From the NCBI GenBank assembly GCA_965240855.1, contig CBDEMG010000038.1:18226-82225 (forward strand): a stretch of 64,000 bases of DNA, given 5' to 3'. The DNA is from an uncultured Bacteroidia bacterium (GTDB taxonomy: Bacteria; Bacteroidota; Bacteroidia; Bacteroidales; CAJPTX01). Shown here in pieces: positions 44,528-55,790 of this stretch (positions within the stretch are counted from its first letter, which is position 1; every line of letters starts with the position of its first letter). The position numbers were made by a program, and so were the translations under genes. The notes beneath the pieces were generated by a model. The model was not told where the DNA came from. It saw only the letters and a program-made list of their open reading frames with translations, and ran no database searches.

Positions 44528-44648
44528 AGGTCTCTGATAGAACAACGACATTCAATGGTAAACAGAATCCAATAGTGCAGGACTATTGCATACAAAAAAT
44601 GCGAGATGTGCGTATGGCAGTAATCTGTTCGGCTTGAGATCTCACTTG

Positions 44649-45986
44649 CTAGTTTTTAAGCCACTTTAGGATATCCCGCCAACCAAATTTCTTGCCGTAC
44701 TGCAAAATTCCATTACGATAGACACGAGAAGCTAGCCCTGTCATCAAGATGAAGGTTATGAGTAGGATGATGCCCGAGAGGAGAATCTCCCAAGTATCAA
44801 CACCATAGGCAACACGAGCAGGCATTACTATAGGAGACGTAAATGGGATCATCGAGAACCAAAACGAGATAGCACCATCAGGCGAACGACCTGCAACGAA
44901 TAGAACAAAGAAACCAAGCAATAAGGGGATGGTTACTGGCAAGACAAGTTGTTGTGCATCTGAGGCATCTTCTACAGCCGAACCGATTGCTGCATACATC
45001 GATGCATACAAGAAATACCCTCCAAAAAAGAAATAAATAAACACTACGATTAGCTGCAAGAAATTTACGCTCTCTAACGGTCCTAATATTGTACTTAAAC
45101 CTCCGGTCTTGAGCTGTGCCATGAGTCCATGACTCGTACCCGTCATCTCCAAGCCTCCCATTTGCGAAGCAACTTGCGAGAGTTGGTCGCTCGAACCCAA
45201 ATCTATGAAACTCCCCATTGCAGAAACTAGCACCAATGTGACAACAATCCATAAAAGAATCTGTATTAAAAATACCGAGGCTACTCCTAGGATCTTTCCC
45301 ATTAATAAATCGAATGAGCGAACACTCGAGACCAGTACCTCAACAATTCTATTATTTTTCTCCTCTACTACTCCACTCATTACCATTCCCCCAGAAGCTG
45401 CGACCAAACCATATATTAGCCCTCCGAGGAGATAACCTATCATTAACGACAAGCCCGAACTCGTTTCTTTTTCCTCGCCCGCCTCATTCAAAATTACGGC
45501 ACGCATATCGACATTCACGTCAGCTTTTTTCAAAATTTCCTCTAAGCCCTCAATCTCAAAGCTCGCGATGCGCTCCTTACGTACAATTTTTGTGAGATCT
45601 CGCTGCACACGATCAGAAGCATCCACGGCCAAAGTTCGTAGGCTATATACCACCACATCATTGGGTTGCTCTGCTATCTTATCTCCTATCACCAAGAGAC
45701 CCGCATAACCCGTACGTTGGAGGTATCCTTGCATATCGGCAATGGTGTCCTGCTCTTTGACATAAGTAAGTATCGGAGAGGAGTGCAACGAATCGATGAG
45801 TAACCCACTCTTATCTACTACGCCTACGGTATAATGCTTCCCCGTGTCCCATAAAATCAGGAGGGAGGGCACAACCATGAGAAGCGCCATGAGAACGGGC
45901 ACAAGGAAAGTCGTAAGTAGAAAACTCTTCTTCCGTACTCGGATCGCAATTTCGCGACTTATTATCAATAATATATTGTGCATCAA
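44649..45986 (-). CDS. ABC-2 type transporter permease (NatB-like)
   Basis: 445 aa. One N-terminal TM helix, a large loop, then a cluster of about 5 C-terminal TM helices. Downstream of the ATPase gene. Confidence 0.75.
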   Translation of the reverse strand: MMHNILLIISREIAIRVRKKSFLLTTFLVPVLMALLMVVPSLLILWDTGKHYTVGVVDKSGLLIDSLHSSPILTYVKEQDTIADMQGYLQRTGYAGLLVIGDKIAEQPNDVVVYSLRTLAVDASDRVQRDLTKIVRKERIASFEIEGLEEILKKADVNVDMRAVILNEAGEEKETSSGLSLMIGYLLGGLIYGLVAASGGMVMSGVVEEKNNRIVEVLVSSVRSFDLLMGKILGVASVFLIQILLWIVVTLVLVSAMGSFIDLGSSDQLSQVASQMGGLEMTGTSHGLMAQLKTGGLSTILGPLESVNFLQLIVVFIYFFFGGYFLYASMYAAIGSAVEDASDAQQLVLPVTIPLLLGFFVLFVAGRSPDGAISFWFSMIPFTSPIVMPARVAYGVDTWEILLSGIILLITFILMTGLASRVYRNGILQYGKKFGWRDILKWLKN

Positions 45987-45997
45987 GCGCTTCTTCC

Positions 45998-46942
45998 TTA
46001 AATATTAGTGTCAGAACTTTGGGTAGACGACTCATTTACAACACGTATAAATATATCGTTCATGGTCGCCATCTCTCGTGAGAAATGTCCTACCTCAACA
46101 TGAGGTAGGATCTCATGCAACAGTTTATTGCTCTCTTCTGCATTCTCTTGGCTTATGAGCATTGCCCATTGCAGTGTTTCTGTAGCAGGGAGCAGATCTA
46201 CTGTCCAGTGCGGAGTCAATGCCTGTTTTAAGGTCTCTAAATTGCCCTTATAGCCCAGCTTGAATCTTGACCCTGAGAACTGCTCGCGAATCGAATTTAC
46301 CGTGCCTGTAAGCACATTTAAGCCTTTATTGAAAAGGGTGATCGAGTCGCAAATCCGTTCTACCGAATCCATATTGTGTGTCGAAAATAGCACTGTCGCT
46401 CCCTTCTCTCGGAGTTCTAATATCTCATTCTTTAGTAGCTCTGCATTGATAGGATCGAAGCCACTGAAAGGCTCGTCAAATATCAACAGACGAGGTTCGT
46501 GCAAGACCGTGACAATAAATTGCACCTTCTGCGCCATACCCTTCGACAGCTCCTCTACCTTTTTGTTCCACCAGCTCGAGATCTCAAATTTATCGAACCA
46601 ATATTTCAGAGCTCGCATTGCATCTCTTTTCGAGAGTCCCTTCAATTGGCTAAGATAGAGCGCTTGATCTCCGACCTTCATTTTTTTGTACAAACCTCGC
46701 TCCTCGGGCAAATAGCCAATTCTACGGACATCCTCGCGCTGCAACGGTTTACCATTCAAAAGTATTCGCCCCGAATCGGGTCTGGTAATCTGATTTATGC
46801 AACGGATTAGTGTTGTCTTTCCTGCGCCATTAGGACCTAGCAATCCATGAATACACCCCTCTGGTACGTTAAAGCTTACACCCCTTAATGCTTGAAACGC
46901 TCCGAAACTCTTGCGCACGTCCTCTATTGCCAGAATATTCAT
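45998..46942 (-). CDS. ABC transporter ATP-binding protein (NatA-like)
   Basis: Walker A GPNGAGKTT, signature LSKGMAQK, Walker B LLIFDEP. Confidence 0.9.
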   Translation of the reverse strand: MNILAIEDVRKSFGAFQALRGVSFNVPEGCIHGLLGPNGAGKTTLIRCINQITRPDSGRILLNGKPLQREDVRRIGYLPEERGLYKKMKVGDQALYLSQLKGLSKRDAMRALKYWFDKFEISSWWNKKVEELSKGMAQKVQFIVTVLHEPRLLIFDEPFSGFDPINAELLKNEILELREKGATVLFSTHNMDSVERICDSITLFNKGLNVLTGTVNSIREQFSGSRFKLGYKGNLETLKQALTPHWTVDLLPATETLQWAMLISQENAEESNKLLHEILPHVEVGHFSREMATMNDIFIRVVNESSTQSSDTNI

Positions 46943-46951
46943 TGCAACGAC

Positions 46952-48013
46952 TTATTGTACCGTTCCCGTCAACTCAACCGAGCGAGTGGCTTCTACAGGA
47001 TCATTCACTATTATATACACCGTACGCGACTGCTCTCCACGGTAACCTTCTGTATTGAATTCTAATGTAAGCTTTGCACTCCCTCCTGCAGGAATAGGAG
47101 CTTTATCTAATTTGTATGTAATACACGTGCAATTGGTTATAACGCGACGCACCTCCAGAGGACTCTTCCCCACATTCTTCAGGTCAAATTCGCGTACCAC
47201 AGTATCGCCCGAGCTACAATTGCCAAAAGCAACTAGAGGCGAAGGAATCTCAAGATGTGGTGCATTCTCTCGCTGTTTGTGTGTTAACTGCGAAAAATCT
47301 TCCACTCGTGTAAAATGAAGATAAAACGCCCCCACTGCTGCCCCACTCTCTATTTTCATTTCCACACTTATTGCCCCCCACTCTTTCACCTTGTTCATCT
47401 TTATTTCTAACGAGATGGCTCCTGTTTCTCCAGGCTTAAGTTTTATTTTGCTCTTACCCGATATATACTTCGGCAGATCTTTAAATTCCACAGTTTTAGG
47501 CTCTAGAGAAAAGTTATGGACAGGGATCACTACTTTTTGTACCGTATGACTCGCAACCTCCCCCATCATTTGATAAAATGAACGAAAACCGACGTCGCCT
47601 AAACGTTGTGCATAGAGATCTTGATCTGTTGCATTGCGGGGTATTACATAGCCGCGAATGGAAAGCGTTATATTGCTTGGCTCTGTATTCGTGCGCACTG
47701 TTAATGTTTTCGAGAAGCTATAGGGACGTCCCATAGGATCAAAGACCGCAGTTACCATCCCTTTCTTGCCCGGCAAAACAGGCTCTTTTGTCCATTCTGA
47801 AACAGTACAACCACACGAGGTTGATACACCATAAATTATTACTGGAGCATTGCCCTTATTCGTAAACTCAAAAGTATGACGCAGCTGACCGCCATCCTCT
47901 CTCGCATCTCCAAACTGATGTTCCAAACTCTTGAAAGCGAGTACGCCCCCTCCCTGTGCCAATACCCAAGTCGCGATAAACGAGAAGAAGAGCACTAAAC
48001 TAATCCTTTTCAT
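46952..48013 (-). CDS. DUF1573 domain protein (two copies)
   Basis: FEFTNKGNAPVIIYGVSTSCGCT and FDLKNVGKSPLEVRRVITNCTC. Signal peptide present. Confidence 0.75.
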   Translation of the reverse strand: MKRISLVLFFSFIATWVLAQGGGVLAFKSLEHQFGDAREDGGQLRHTFEFTNKGNAPVIIYGVSTSCGCTVSEWTKEPVLPGKKGMVTAVFDPMGRPYSFSKTLTVRTNTEPSNITLSIRGYVIPRNATDQDLYAQRLGDVGFRSFYQMMGEVASHTVQKVVIPVHNFSLEPKTVEFKDLPKYISGKSKIKLKPGETGAISLEIKMNKVKEWGAISVEMKIESGAAVGAFYLHFTRVEDFSQLTHKQRENAPHLEIPSPLVAFGNCSSGDTVVREFDLKNVGKSPLEVRRVITNCTCITYKLDKAPIPAGGSAKLTLEFNTEGYRGEQSRTVYIIVNDPVEATRSVELTGTVQ

Positions 48014-48141
48014 TATACGAATCTCCCTAATAAATACGATATCCCTACAAAAGTACTGTTTCTTAGCGTTGCAATCAGATCTAAAGAGTATAAGAACTCA
48101 TGCACTCACTCCTTTAGACTACGGCTGCGGCAACAAGAGTG

Positions 48142-50496
48142 CTAAAACAAAATCCTGTAGTTGAACATGGGCATAAAGCCTTGTTGATAGCGGTACGTGA
48201 CTCGCTTATTCGTTCGATCCCAGCTCTTGTTATAGATGTTCGCTTGATTCGTGACATTCTGTAGGTCTAGTGCCCATTCTTGCGCCACTCGCTTCAAATT
48301 CTGTCGATAGGCGAGACGCACATTCAGATTGAAATAAGGGGGCGCTTTCTCTACAAAGGGTTGCGCCCAATCCTCAATCAGTTCGTTAGCAGCAGAAGAA
48401 GCACTCTCGTTAATACGATTGAACCATTTTCCCCCCGCATATACCGCACGTACATCGGCTAAAACAATGTGTTGCTGATTGAATGCGTACTCATAGCCAG
48501 CTAAGATATTCAATGCGTATTGCCCATTGAACTTAGCATTGCGCCAACGCCCATCGTGCGCACGCACTTCCGACTGAAACAAAGAGCCCGTCAGCAAAAA
48601 ATAGTAGCCCCCTGCAAGAAATTTTTCTAGGGTGAGTTCCACTCCATAATTACGCCCATTCCCCTCGTTACGTAAATCGCGAGGAATAGAGGTATAATAG
48701 GTATCGCCAAAGTCCAAAATAGAAAGAGTCGGGATCGCGCCTTCTGATACTGGAATAGCGTAAAGCCACTGGTAGTAAAGTTCTGTTTTTAAGCGGATAT
48801 CTTTCGTGAGTCGGAAATCGTATGCCAATACTGCATGAAATGCACGACTTAGGTCTAGATTATGTAAAGAGGTCACGTTCGTATTTCTCGTTTTGAGAAA
48901 GTAGTAGAGAGGCGGCTGCATCTGACTATGCAAGCCCACTGCCATCGAAAGAGTCTGACGCGCAGCAAGATGCCACTGTACTCCAATACGCGGCTCTATT
49001 GCCCACGTATTGTTTAGATGCAAATATAAGCCATGTGCACCAGAACTCATTGTTAGTGCATTTGTGGGACGATAGCGCCACGCGATGTGTCCCTGCGTTA
49101 GGAAATAATCGCCTCCCGCATCAATCGAGTGATAATACGTATCATTGGCAATGAGTACCGAGTCTTGTACTTTCAAGCGATTCCAAGCTGTTGATATCCC
49201 CACCTCCAAGTAATGTTTTGAAGAGATTCGCTGCTCATAATCAGCATACAAAGCAGGTACATAGCGCCCTATCTCCCTTGTATACCACGACCATTTCTTT
49301 GAACGGTCGGCTGCCAAGGAATCAATCTGCGTACGTGCATTATGGATAGTGCCCGCAAGTTTGAATATTAGGCGCGCATTCTCCGTAATTCTGCAGGTAA
49401 ACTTAGTACCTAATACCCCCAGTTGTGTCGCAAAATCGAGATCGCTATTGGTGGGTTGGTCGCTTTGCGCATTACGCTTATCCCACTTAAAAAATATGCT
49501 GTTCAGACCACCTAAACCAAAGAGAGCAAAAGTAATACGAGAATTAATCGGGACATTGACCTTAAAAGTCAAATCCTGATAATACGGAACAGCTGTACCA
49601 GTCCCCACATTAAAATGTAAACCAATGCGATCCAACAAGCCGAGTACCGAATAGCGGTATCCCACTAAAAAGGAGGCTGCATGCTTTTTTGAGAGGGGGC
49701 CCTCAGCACCCAATTCGAATCCGCCCCACCCAATTTGCCCGACAAATTCGTAGCGTTCCGGATTTCCATTTCGGAGCTTCAAATCAAACGCACCAGCCAA
49801 TGCATTGCCATACATTGCAGGAAAAGCACCTGTAAAGAAATCTGACTGCGCTAAATGATTCGCACTTAACATCGAGACAGGTCCGCCCGTCAATCCGTCG
49901 CTTGAATAGTGGTTCGGGCTAGGTATATCTATCCCCTCCAAACGCCAAAGAACTCCGTTAGGAGAGTTACCTCTTATTATAATATCATTTCTCGCGTCCG
50001 ATACACTCAAAACCCCCGCGTAATTAGCCACCATACGCGAAGGATCGCCAAGGCTACCAGCATAACGTTCTGTTTCTGCAATGGTGAAAGCTCGCGCCGA
50101 AGCTAAAGCAAATTCGTTGGCTGGAATATCTTTACGTTGTGCGTAAGTAATCTGCACACTTTCTAGCTCAGTTACCAATTCCTCCATCTCCACACGGATG
50201 TAAAACTCCTTCCCCGATTGTAAGAGAATACCTCGAACCTCCCAAGGGCGATACCCTAGATACGTTACCACCACATCATACCGCCCAAGAGGCACTTCCT
50301 GTAGAACAAACTTCCCTTCTCCATTGGTTGTTGTTGCACGCACTGGCTCAAAATCTGCAAGAGAGACAACAGCTCCGACCAACGGTTCGCGTGTTTGTGC
50401 ATCTAGCACAACGCCACGAATAGTCTGTGTATAGATTTCGGCTAAAGAACAATACGAACAAAGAAATAAAATAAGAAATAGAACACTTCGCTTCAT
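48142..50496 (-). CDS. TonB-dependent receptor with a carboxypeptidase-regulatory-like N-domain
   Basis: IRGVVLDAQTREPLVGAVVSL, then plug and barrel, ending ...MFNYRILF. Confidence 0.8.
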   Translation of the reverse strand: MKRSVLFLILFLCSYCSLAEIYTQTIRGVVLDAQTREPLVGAVVSLADFEPVRATTTNGEGKFVLQEVPLGRYDVVVTYLGYRPWEVRGILLQSGKEFYIRVEMEELVTELESVQITYAQRKDIPANEFALASARAFTIAETERYAGSLGDPSRMVANYAGVLSVSDARNDIIIRGNSPNGVLWRLEGIDIPSPNHYSSDGLTGGPVSMLSANHLAQSDFFTGAFPAMYGNALAGAFDLKLRNGNPERYEFVGQIGWGGFELGAEGPLSKKHAASFLVGYRYSVLGLLDRIGLHFNVGTGTAVPYYQDLTFKVNVPINSRITFALFGLGGLNSIFFKWDKRNAQSDQPTNSDLDFATQLGVLGTKFTCRITENARLIFKLAGTIHNARTQIDSLAADRSKKWSWYTREIGRYVPALYADYEQRISSKHYLEVGISTAWNRLKVQDSVLIANDTYYHSIDAGGDYFLTQGHIAWRYRPTNALTMSSGAHGLYLHLNNTWAIEPRIGVQWHLAARQTLSMAVGLHSQMQPPLYYFLKTRNTNVTSLHNLDLSRAFHAVLAYDFRLTKDIRLKTELYYQWLYAIPVSEGAIPTLSILDFGDTYYTSIPRDLRNEGNGRNYGVELTLEKFLAGGYYFLLTGSLFQSEVRAHDGRWRNAKFNGQYALNILAGYEYAFNQQHIVLADVRAVYAGGKWFNRINESASSAANELIEDWAQPFVEKAPPYFNLNVRLAYRQNLKRVAQEWALDLQNVTNQANIYNKSWDRTNKRVTYRYQQGFMPMFNYRILF

Positions 50497-50579
50497 TTCT
50501 TCCTTACATCTATTGGTTGTACAAAATCGTGGTACCAGCGCACCAATAATCTTGAGTGTTCACACTCTTTCTCGGGTCT

Positions 50580-50587
50580 CAAATTTA
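50580..50587 (-). promoter_or_regulatory. Bacteroidota -7 promoter box (TAAATTTG on the minus strand)
   Basis: CAAATTTA on the plus strand, ~85 nt upstream of the ATG at 50496. Confidence 0.3.
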
Positions 50588-50729
50588 CAGAACTGACAAA
50601 AGCGCCAGCATTAAATTGCAATGAAAATAGCTCGATGAGATTCCATACTATTGCAAGAGTATGCACCGCCTATTCAAGGAGAATTGCAAGACAAAGAAGC
50701 AAGTGGTAAAAATGAGTATTACCACATTT

Positions 50730-51500
50730 CTACTTTGTGGTAAGTTCTTGTTCAAAACGTTCAATAAAGGGTCTGGAGGTCCTAGAATATTCCTTCTTTG
50801 CCCGTTGCAAGAGCTCGAGCATTCTTTTCTTATTATTCTTCTTACGATAGAATTCTAGCAGAAGTTCGTAAGCATTTTCCTTCCCCCAAGAAGGATAAAA
50901 TGGATTTGTAAACTCTTGCGAAGGTAATGCGATTACTTTGAGTAAATATTTCTCTACTTGTAGCAGAGACGCTTCTGATACCTGAGGTGTGTAGTAATCG
51001 TTATGAGCAAGAGCATACCAACCACGCAAATTCAATGAGTCCAATGCGAGAGCTCGCTGGGCATTCTTTGCAGACTCGTTTACAAGCTTCGCTGCTTTCT
51101 CTCCCATCGCATAACGAGTCGAAAGACTTTGAATAAAAGCCAGCAAAGCATATTCCTCCGAGTTCTTATTTTCTACATCGCTCAAGGCGTCATACGCATA
51201 TTTTAGTGCTTTCTTCCCCAATCTATTCTCTGCAGAATCTATTTGAGTATAAACAATATGTTTCATACAGAGTGTATAACTATTCCAGTAGATTACAAGC
51301 GTATTCGCACGGGGGAGCGTTTCCAACGTATTTAGGATAGAATCTAGTGGAGCAGGAGTTCTTTGTGCAATCGAATGAACAAACGCATTGTCCACTCGCT
51401 CCTGCATATCGCGCAAATACGACAACTCTTGCCCCTGTACATACACTTGTAGACTAAATACAAGAAAGAGGAAAGTCACGAATCTTTTCTTCCCAAGCAT
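50730..51500 (-). CDS. Hypothetical secreted helical protein
   Basis: Signal peptide FVTFLFLVFSLQVYVQG. 256 aa. No motif recognised. Confidence 0.55.
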   Translation of the reverse strand: MLGKKRFVTFLFLVFSLQVYVQGQELSYLRDMQERVDNAFVHSIAQRTPAPLDSILNTLETLPRANTLVIYWNSYTLCMKHIVYTQIDSAENRLGKKALKYAYDALSDVENKNSEEYALLAFIQSLSTRYAMGEKAAKLVNESAKNAQRALALDSLNLRGWYALAHNDYYTPQVSEASLLQVEKYLLKVIALPSQEFTNPFYPSWGKENAYELLLEFYRKKNNKKRMLELLQRAKKEYSRTSRPFIERFEQELTTK

Positions 51501-51740
51501 TTTCTATTCTATTTGATTTGCTCAAAATTATCAAAATGTCTTTTTCTACTTGGAGTACTACATCAACTGAGCTTGCTATACGATCTCCCTTACACTCATT
51601 AATATTGTAAAAAAGCAGGATACTACGCACACTGTACGTTGATTTACTGTGTCTGTAGAATAAATCGTATCCAATACCGAAACGATTACTTATTTCGATC
51701 TAATACTTTAATATGCACACAATTCTTAACACCCAGTTAA

Positions 51741-51773
51741 CAAAAAAGGAGATCTCACGTTTCATGAGATCTC
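51741..51773 (-). terminator. Rho-independent terminator
   Basis: On the minus strand, GGAGATCTCA-7 nt-TGAGATCTCC (10-bp stem) is followed by TTTTTT, ~30 nt after the stop at 51802. Confidence 0.8.
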
Positions 51774-51801
51774 CCTTATCAATTATCACAAAATCCTACA
51801 C

Positions 51802-53517
51802 CTACTTAAGCAAACTAGCAAACACGTCGTTGTGTATAAATTTGATGAACTCTACATCTTTCGCCGCACGAGCCTTAAAACTTGCATCCATCTGAATTGC
51901 AGTACGGAGGTTGTCCAACAACATCTTTTCATCCTGCGTACGTGCGCCCAAGATTGCTAAGCCATAGTACGCCTTAGCTGTCTTAAGGTCAGTAAATACA
52001 TTCTTTGCAGCCTCGTTGCGATCGGTAAGCATCAACGCTAGACCATGATTGAAAACACCCGTTCCTGTTAAATAGTCTACTGCCGCTTGATATTGACCAC
52101 GTAGTATTGCACAAGCGCCTAAGTTCGCACGTACTGCAGGTCCCGCATCTGTTGCGCGCACAAAGTACTTTTCTGCCTCTTCTGCATTGCCATCAACCAT
52201 AGCCAAAACGCCTAGGTTGTTTAGCACGAAGGGATTTTTGTCGTCAAGTGCCTGTGCTTTATTCAACTGTTCGCGAGCATCTGCAAACTTGCCTTGCAAT
52301 AAATAGATACAAGCCAAATTGTTGTAACCACGGAGGTTGTTGTATTTGCCTGCTAACTCCTTGTACATCGACTCACGCTTGCTCATATCCTTCTCGATCT
52401 CTGCTGCGTAGTAAGCTTCGTTTTCAGGAAGATCAAGAAGTTTTCCGTCAGCAACTTCCTTCAAGATCTCTTCCCCTGAACGTCCTTCAAACTTGTAGTT
52501 TGCTACCATTTCCGAACGACGCAATTTAGGGAGAATCCTCTCTGCTACTTCATGGAATATCTTAGGTAAGCTATGCATTTCGCGGTTACGAACGTCAGGA
52601 TCGGAATACATTGCTAATACGCGCAACATCATATCCTTGTCTTCGATATTGGATTCTTCCAACGACTTCTTGAATCCCTCCCAGTCCGTAGCCGCATCTA
52701 AAGAGATTGCATCTACTTCTACCTTCAACTTATTCTTTATGATCTGCTCTTGCAACCAGCTCTTAGAACTTCTTCCTCGCCCTTTAGACAAATTGTCGTT
52801 CAGAGCCACTGGACCATCTGGCGAAGCATAAGCTTTAACAGAGAAACCTTGCAACTTGGCACGCTCATCCGCATTCAGCTCCTTTAGCGCTTTTTGGAAC
52901 TCCTTTATATCGTCTTCAGTATATTCCTTGCTCACAATCTCTGCACTAGTCATTCTATAATTAAACTGCGCATTCTTTTGCTCATCGCGAGTACGAACAT
53001 AGTTGTGTGGCATCCACGCTGGCGCAGCGAGGAGATCTACCAAATTCTGGGTCTCATTCACACCCTCTCCGAGCTTATAGTCTAAACCGAAAGGAACTTT
53101 CTTGTCCTTATAATATAAGGTCATCCGCAGCTCCATAGTCGATTTCATCATCTCGGGTTTATACTCAAACTTGAAGTCGTGCGAGTATACTCCCCCCAAA
53201 TCCGAATTGATCACTGTATTATTCTCTGTGACCTTTTCTCCTTGGAAAACCTTAGATGGCAAAACCAACTCGCGCCCCTCATACTTCAAGACTGGAGTCA
53301 ACTCCAACTTCGCATTCTTATTAAAGTATTTTGGTGGGAAGGTTCCCTTTATTTTACCTTCAACCGTTTTCCCAACCAATACCAGCGGATTGGGATCCAT
53401 CTTCGGGAGCGCTTCTTTAGGGACATCCTTCATCTTCTCAGGATTGTCGCACCCTACTAGCACTGCCGAAAGACCCAATGCTAACGCTGCTGCAACCAGA
53501 TTTATTCTACTCATCAT
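51802..53517 (-). CDS. TPR-repeat lipoprotein, unknown function
   Basis: MMSRINLVAAALALGLSAVLVGC lipobox. C-terminal TPR-like repeats (YNNLACIYLLQGKFADAREQLNKAQALD..). Confidence 0.65.
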   Translation of the reverse strand: MMSRINLVAAALALGLSAVLVGCDNPEKMKDVPKEALPKMDPNPLVLVGKTVEGKIKGTFPPKYFNKNAKLELTPVLKYEGRELVLPSKVFQGEKVTENNTVINSDLGGVYSHDFKFEYKPEMMKSTMELRMTLYYKDKKVPFGLDYKLGEGVNETQNLVDLLAAPAWMPHNYVRTRDEQKNAQFNYRMTSAEIVSKEYTEDDIKEFQKALKELNADERAKLQGFSVKAYASPDGPVALNDNLSKGRGRSSKSWLQEQIIKNKLKVEVDAISLDAATDWEGFKKSLEESNIEDKDMMLRVLAMYSDPDVRNREMHSLPKIFHEVAERILPKLRRSEMVANYKFEGRSGEEILKEVADGKLLDLPENEAYYAAEIEKDMSKRESMYKELAGKYNNLRGYNNLACIYLLQGKFADAREQLNKAQALDDKNPFVLNNLGVLAMVDGNAEEAEKYFVRATDAGPAVRANLGACAILRGQYQAAVDYLTGTGVFNHGLALMLTDRNEAAKNVFTDLKTAKAYYGLAILGARTQDEKMLLDNLRTAIQMDASFKARAAKDVEFIKFIHNDVFASLLK

Positions 53518-53672
53518 CTTTGGGTTTATGCATTCAACCAATAATCGTAAACGATCACAAAACTAATACAAATAACAAAATTATCTTCGCCTCCACTTAA
53601 CTAACAACCAGTTAAACACTCCCGTGGTACTCTCCGAGTATACGAAAACGCTCAGCTCTACGTTGCACTGCC

Positions 53673-55790
53673 CTAGTTAAACTTCGGCGTCTCGCCTAGG
53701 TTATAAAAGATAAACGAATACATGTCAGCCAGTTCGGCTATGAGTAGCGAGGTGGGTTTACCTGCACCATGACCTGCTCTTGTCTCGATTCGAACTAATT
53801 TCGGAGCGCCGTCCGGCTGCTTATACTGTAGCTCTGCAATATATTTAAACGAATGTGCTGGCACCACACGATCATCATGATCTCCTGTCATTACGAGTAC
53901 TGCAGGGTAGGCAACATCGCTGCGGATACTATGCAAAGGCGAATAGCTGTATAAATACTTAAACATTTCCTCCGAATCTGTACTCGTCCCATAATCTCCT
54001 GCCCAAGCCCAACCTATCGTAAATTTCTGGTAACGCAACATATCCATCACCCCAACTTGTGGCACTGCTACTTTAAAAAGCTCTGGTCGTTGGTTTACAA
54101 CAGCTCCTATCAGCAATCCTCCGTTCGAACCACCCTGAATTGCTAGTTTGTCCGAACTCGTGTATTTCTCTGCGATCAAGTATTCAGCTGCGGCAATAAA
54201 ATCGTCAAATACATTTTGTTTGTTCAATTTCGTACCCGCCAGATGCCAAGTTTCGCCATACTCGCCACCTCCTCGTAGGTTCGCTACTGCATAAACACCT
54301 CCTTGCTCTAACCAAGCCAAACGCGAAGTACTAAACCACGGAGTCAAACTTATATTAAACCCACCGTAACCATACAGGAGTGTGGGATTCTTACCATTCT
54401 TGTGCAAATCCGCACGGTGAACTATAAAAATCGGGATCTTTGTTCCATCACAACTCGTATAGAATTGTTGTTCGACTGTGTACTTCGAAAAATCGAAATC
54501 CGAAGCTGGGCGGAATACTTCTCTTTTTTCTCCCGTATTCACATCGCACGAATAAACTACCGAAGGGACAATAAACGAAGAGAAACTGTAGTAGAACGTT
54601 GCTTGATCCTGGCGTCCACGTATGGCACCTACTGTGCCATAGACCCCTAGGTCGATATCCTGTTGTTTCTTACCTGTGAGCGTATATATAGCCATACGAG
54701 AGGCAGCATCTACCATATAGGTTGCGACAAACTTACCGCCAACCAATACAACCTCCGAGAGTACAGATTCCTGCTCTGGTAAAACTTCTACCCAGTGTTC
54801 TTTTTCAGGTTTTGTAAGATCTATCTTTACGAGGCGATAGCGTGGAGCTCCTTCATTGGTCACGAAATAAGCATTATTACCCACGCTCCCGACCAAGTTG
54901 TAGGAATACTCAAAACCCTCTGCAATCTTCTCAAAACTACTTCCCTTTTTCAAATCCTTCACATAGAGCGAATTCCCTTCTGTAGTTTCTGTTTCACCAA
55001 CAAAGAGATAATGCTCATCTTCGGTTGTCTGGCCAAATAAAGTCCGCAACGGCGCTTCTCGATCTTCATATACCAAGCGATCACTCGCCTGCGGAGTTGC
55101 TATAGCATGATAGTAAAGTTTGTGATATTCGTTAATATTACTCAATTCTTTCCCTTCCTCTGGCGCATCGTAACGGCTGTAAAAGAATCCTTCGCCATAC
55201 CAAGCAATCGAAGTAAACTTCGCCCACTTGAGCTCATCTTGAAGCGTCTTACCTGTGGCTATCTCCAAAACATAGATTGTATTCCAGTCCGAGCCTGCAT
55301 CTGCTACTGTATAGGCTAAATAACGCGAATCGTGCGAGACCGAAATAGTGCCTAACGCTACTGTACCATCTGCGGACAGCTTGTTCGGATCTAATAATAC
55401 CCGCTCTTCTCCTTGCAACGAATCTTTTACATACAACACACTCTGATTGCTCAAGCCCTCCTTGCGAAAGTAGAGATAGTACTGCCCCGTATACTGGGGT
55501 GGTGTTTCTACATCAAAATTGAATTGAGCACTTATCCGTTTGCGCAGTGCCTCTCGAAATGGGATCTTCTCTAAGTACGCATTGGTAAATGCATTCTCTG
55601 CCGCCACCCATTCTGCAACACGCTTTGAAGTATCGTTCTCTAACCAACGGTAAGGATCGCTCACCTCCGTTCCAAAATACACATCCTTCACCTCTTCACG
55701 CGCAGTTTGAGGATACTTAATTCCTCGGCTACATGCCTGCCATACAGCAGCTGCTCCACAAATCATCCCTACCCAAAATATTTTTTTCAT
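53673..55790 (-). CDS. Prolyl oligopeptidase (S9A)
   Basis: VSDPYRWLEND at the N-terminus, catalytic Ser context QGGSNGGLL, and C-terminal GHGAGKP. Confidence 0.9.
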   Translation of the reverse strand: MKKIFWVGMICGAAAVWQACSRGIKYPQTAREEVKDVYFGTEVSDPYRWLENDTSKRVAEWVAAENAFTNAYLEKIPFREALRKRISAQFNFDVETPPQYTGQYYLYFRKEGLSNQSVLYVKDSLQGEERVLLDPNKLSADGTVALGTISVSHDSRYLAYTVADAGSDWNTIYVLEIATGKTLQDELKWAKFTSIAWYGEGFFYSRYDAPEEGKELSNINEYHKLYYHAIATPQASDRLVYEDREAPLRTLFGQTTEDEHYLFVGETETTEGNSLYVKDLKKGSSFEKIAEGFEYSYNLVGSVGNNAYFVTNEGAPRYRLVKIDLTKPEKEHWVEVLPEQESVLSEVVLVGGKFVATYMVDAASRMAIYTLTGKKQQDIDLGVYGTVGAIRGRQDQATFYYSFSSFIVPSVVYSCDVNTGEKREVFRPASDFDFSKYTVEQQFYTSCDGTKIPIFIVHRADLHKNGKNPTLLYGYGGFNISLTPWFSTSRLAWLEQGGVYAVANLRGGGEYGETWHLAGTKLNKQNVFDDFIAAAEYLIAEKYTSSDKLAIQGGSNGGLLIGAVVNQRPELFKVAVPQVGVMDMLRYQKFTIGWAWAGDYGTSTDSEEMFKYLYSYSPLHSIRSDVAYPAVLVMTGDHDDRVVPAHSFKYIAELQYKQPDGAPKLVRIETRAGHGAGKPTSLLIAELADMYSFIFYNLGETPKFN

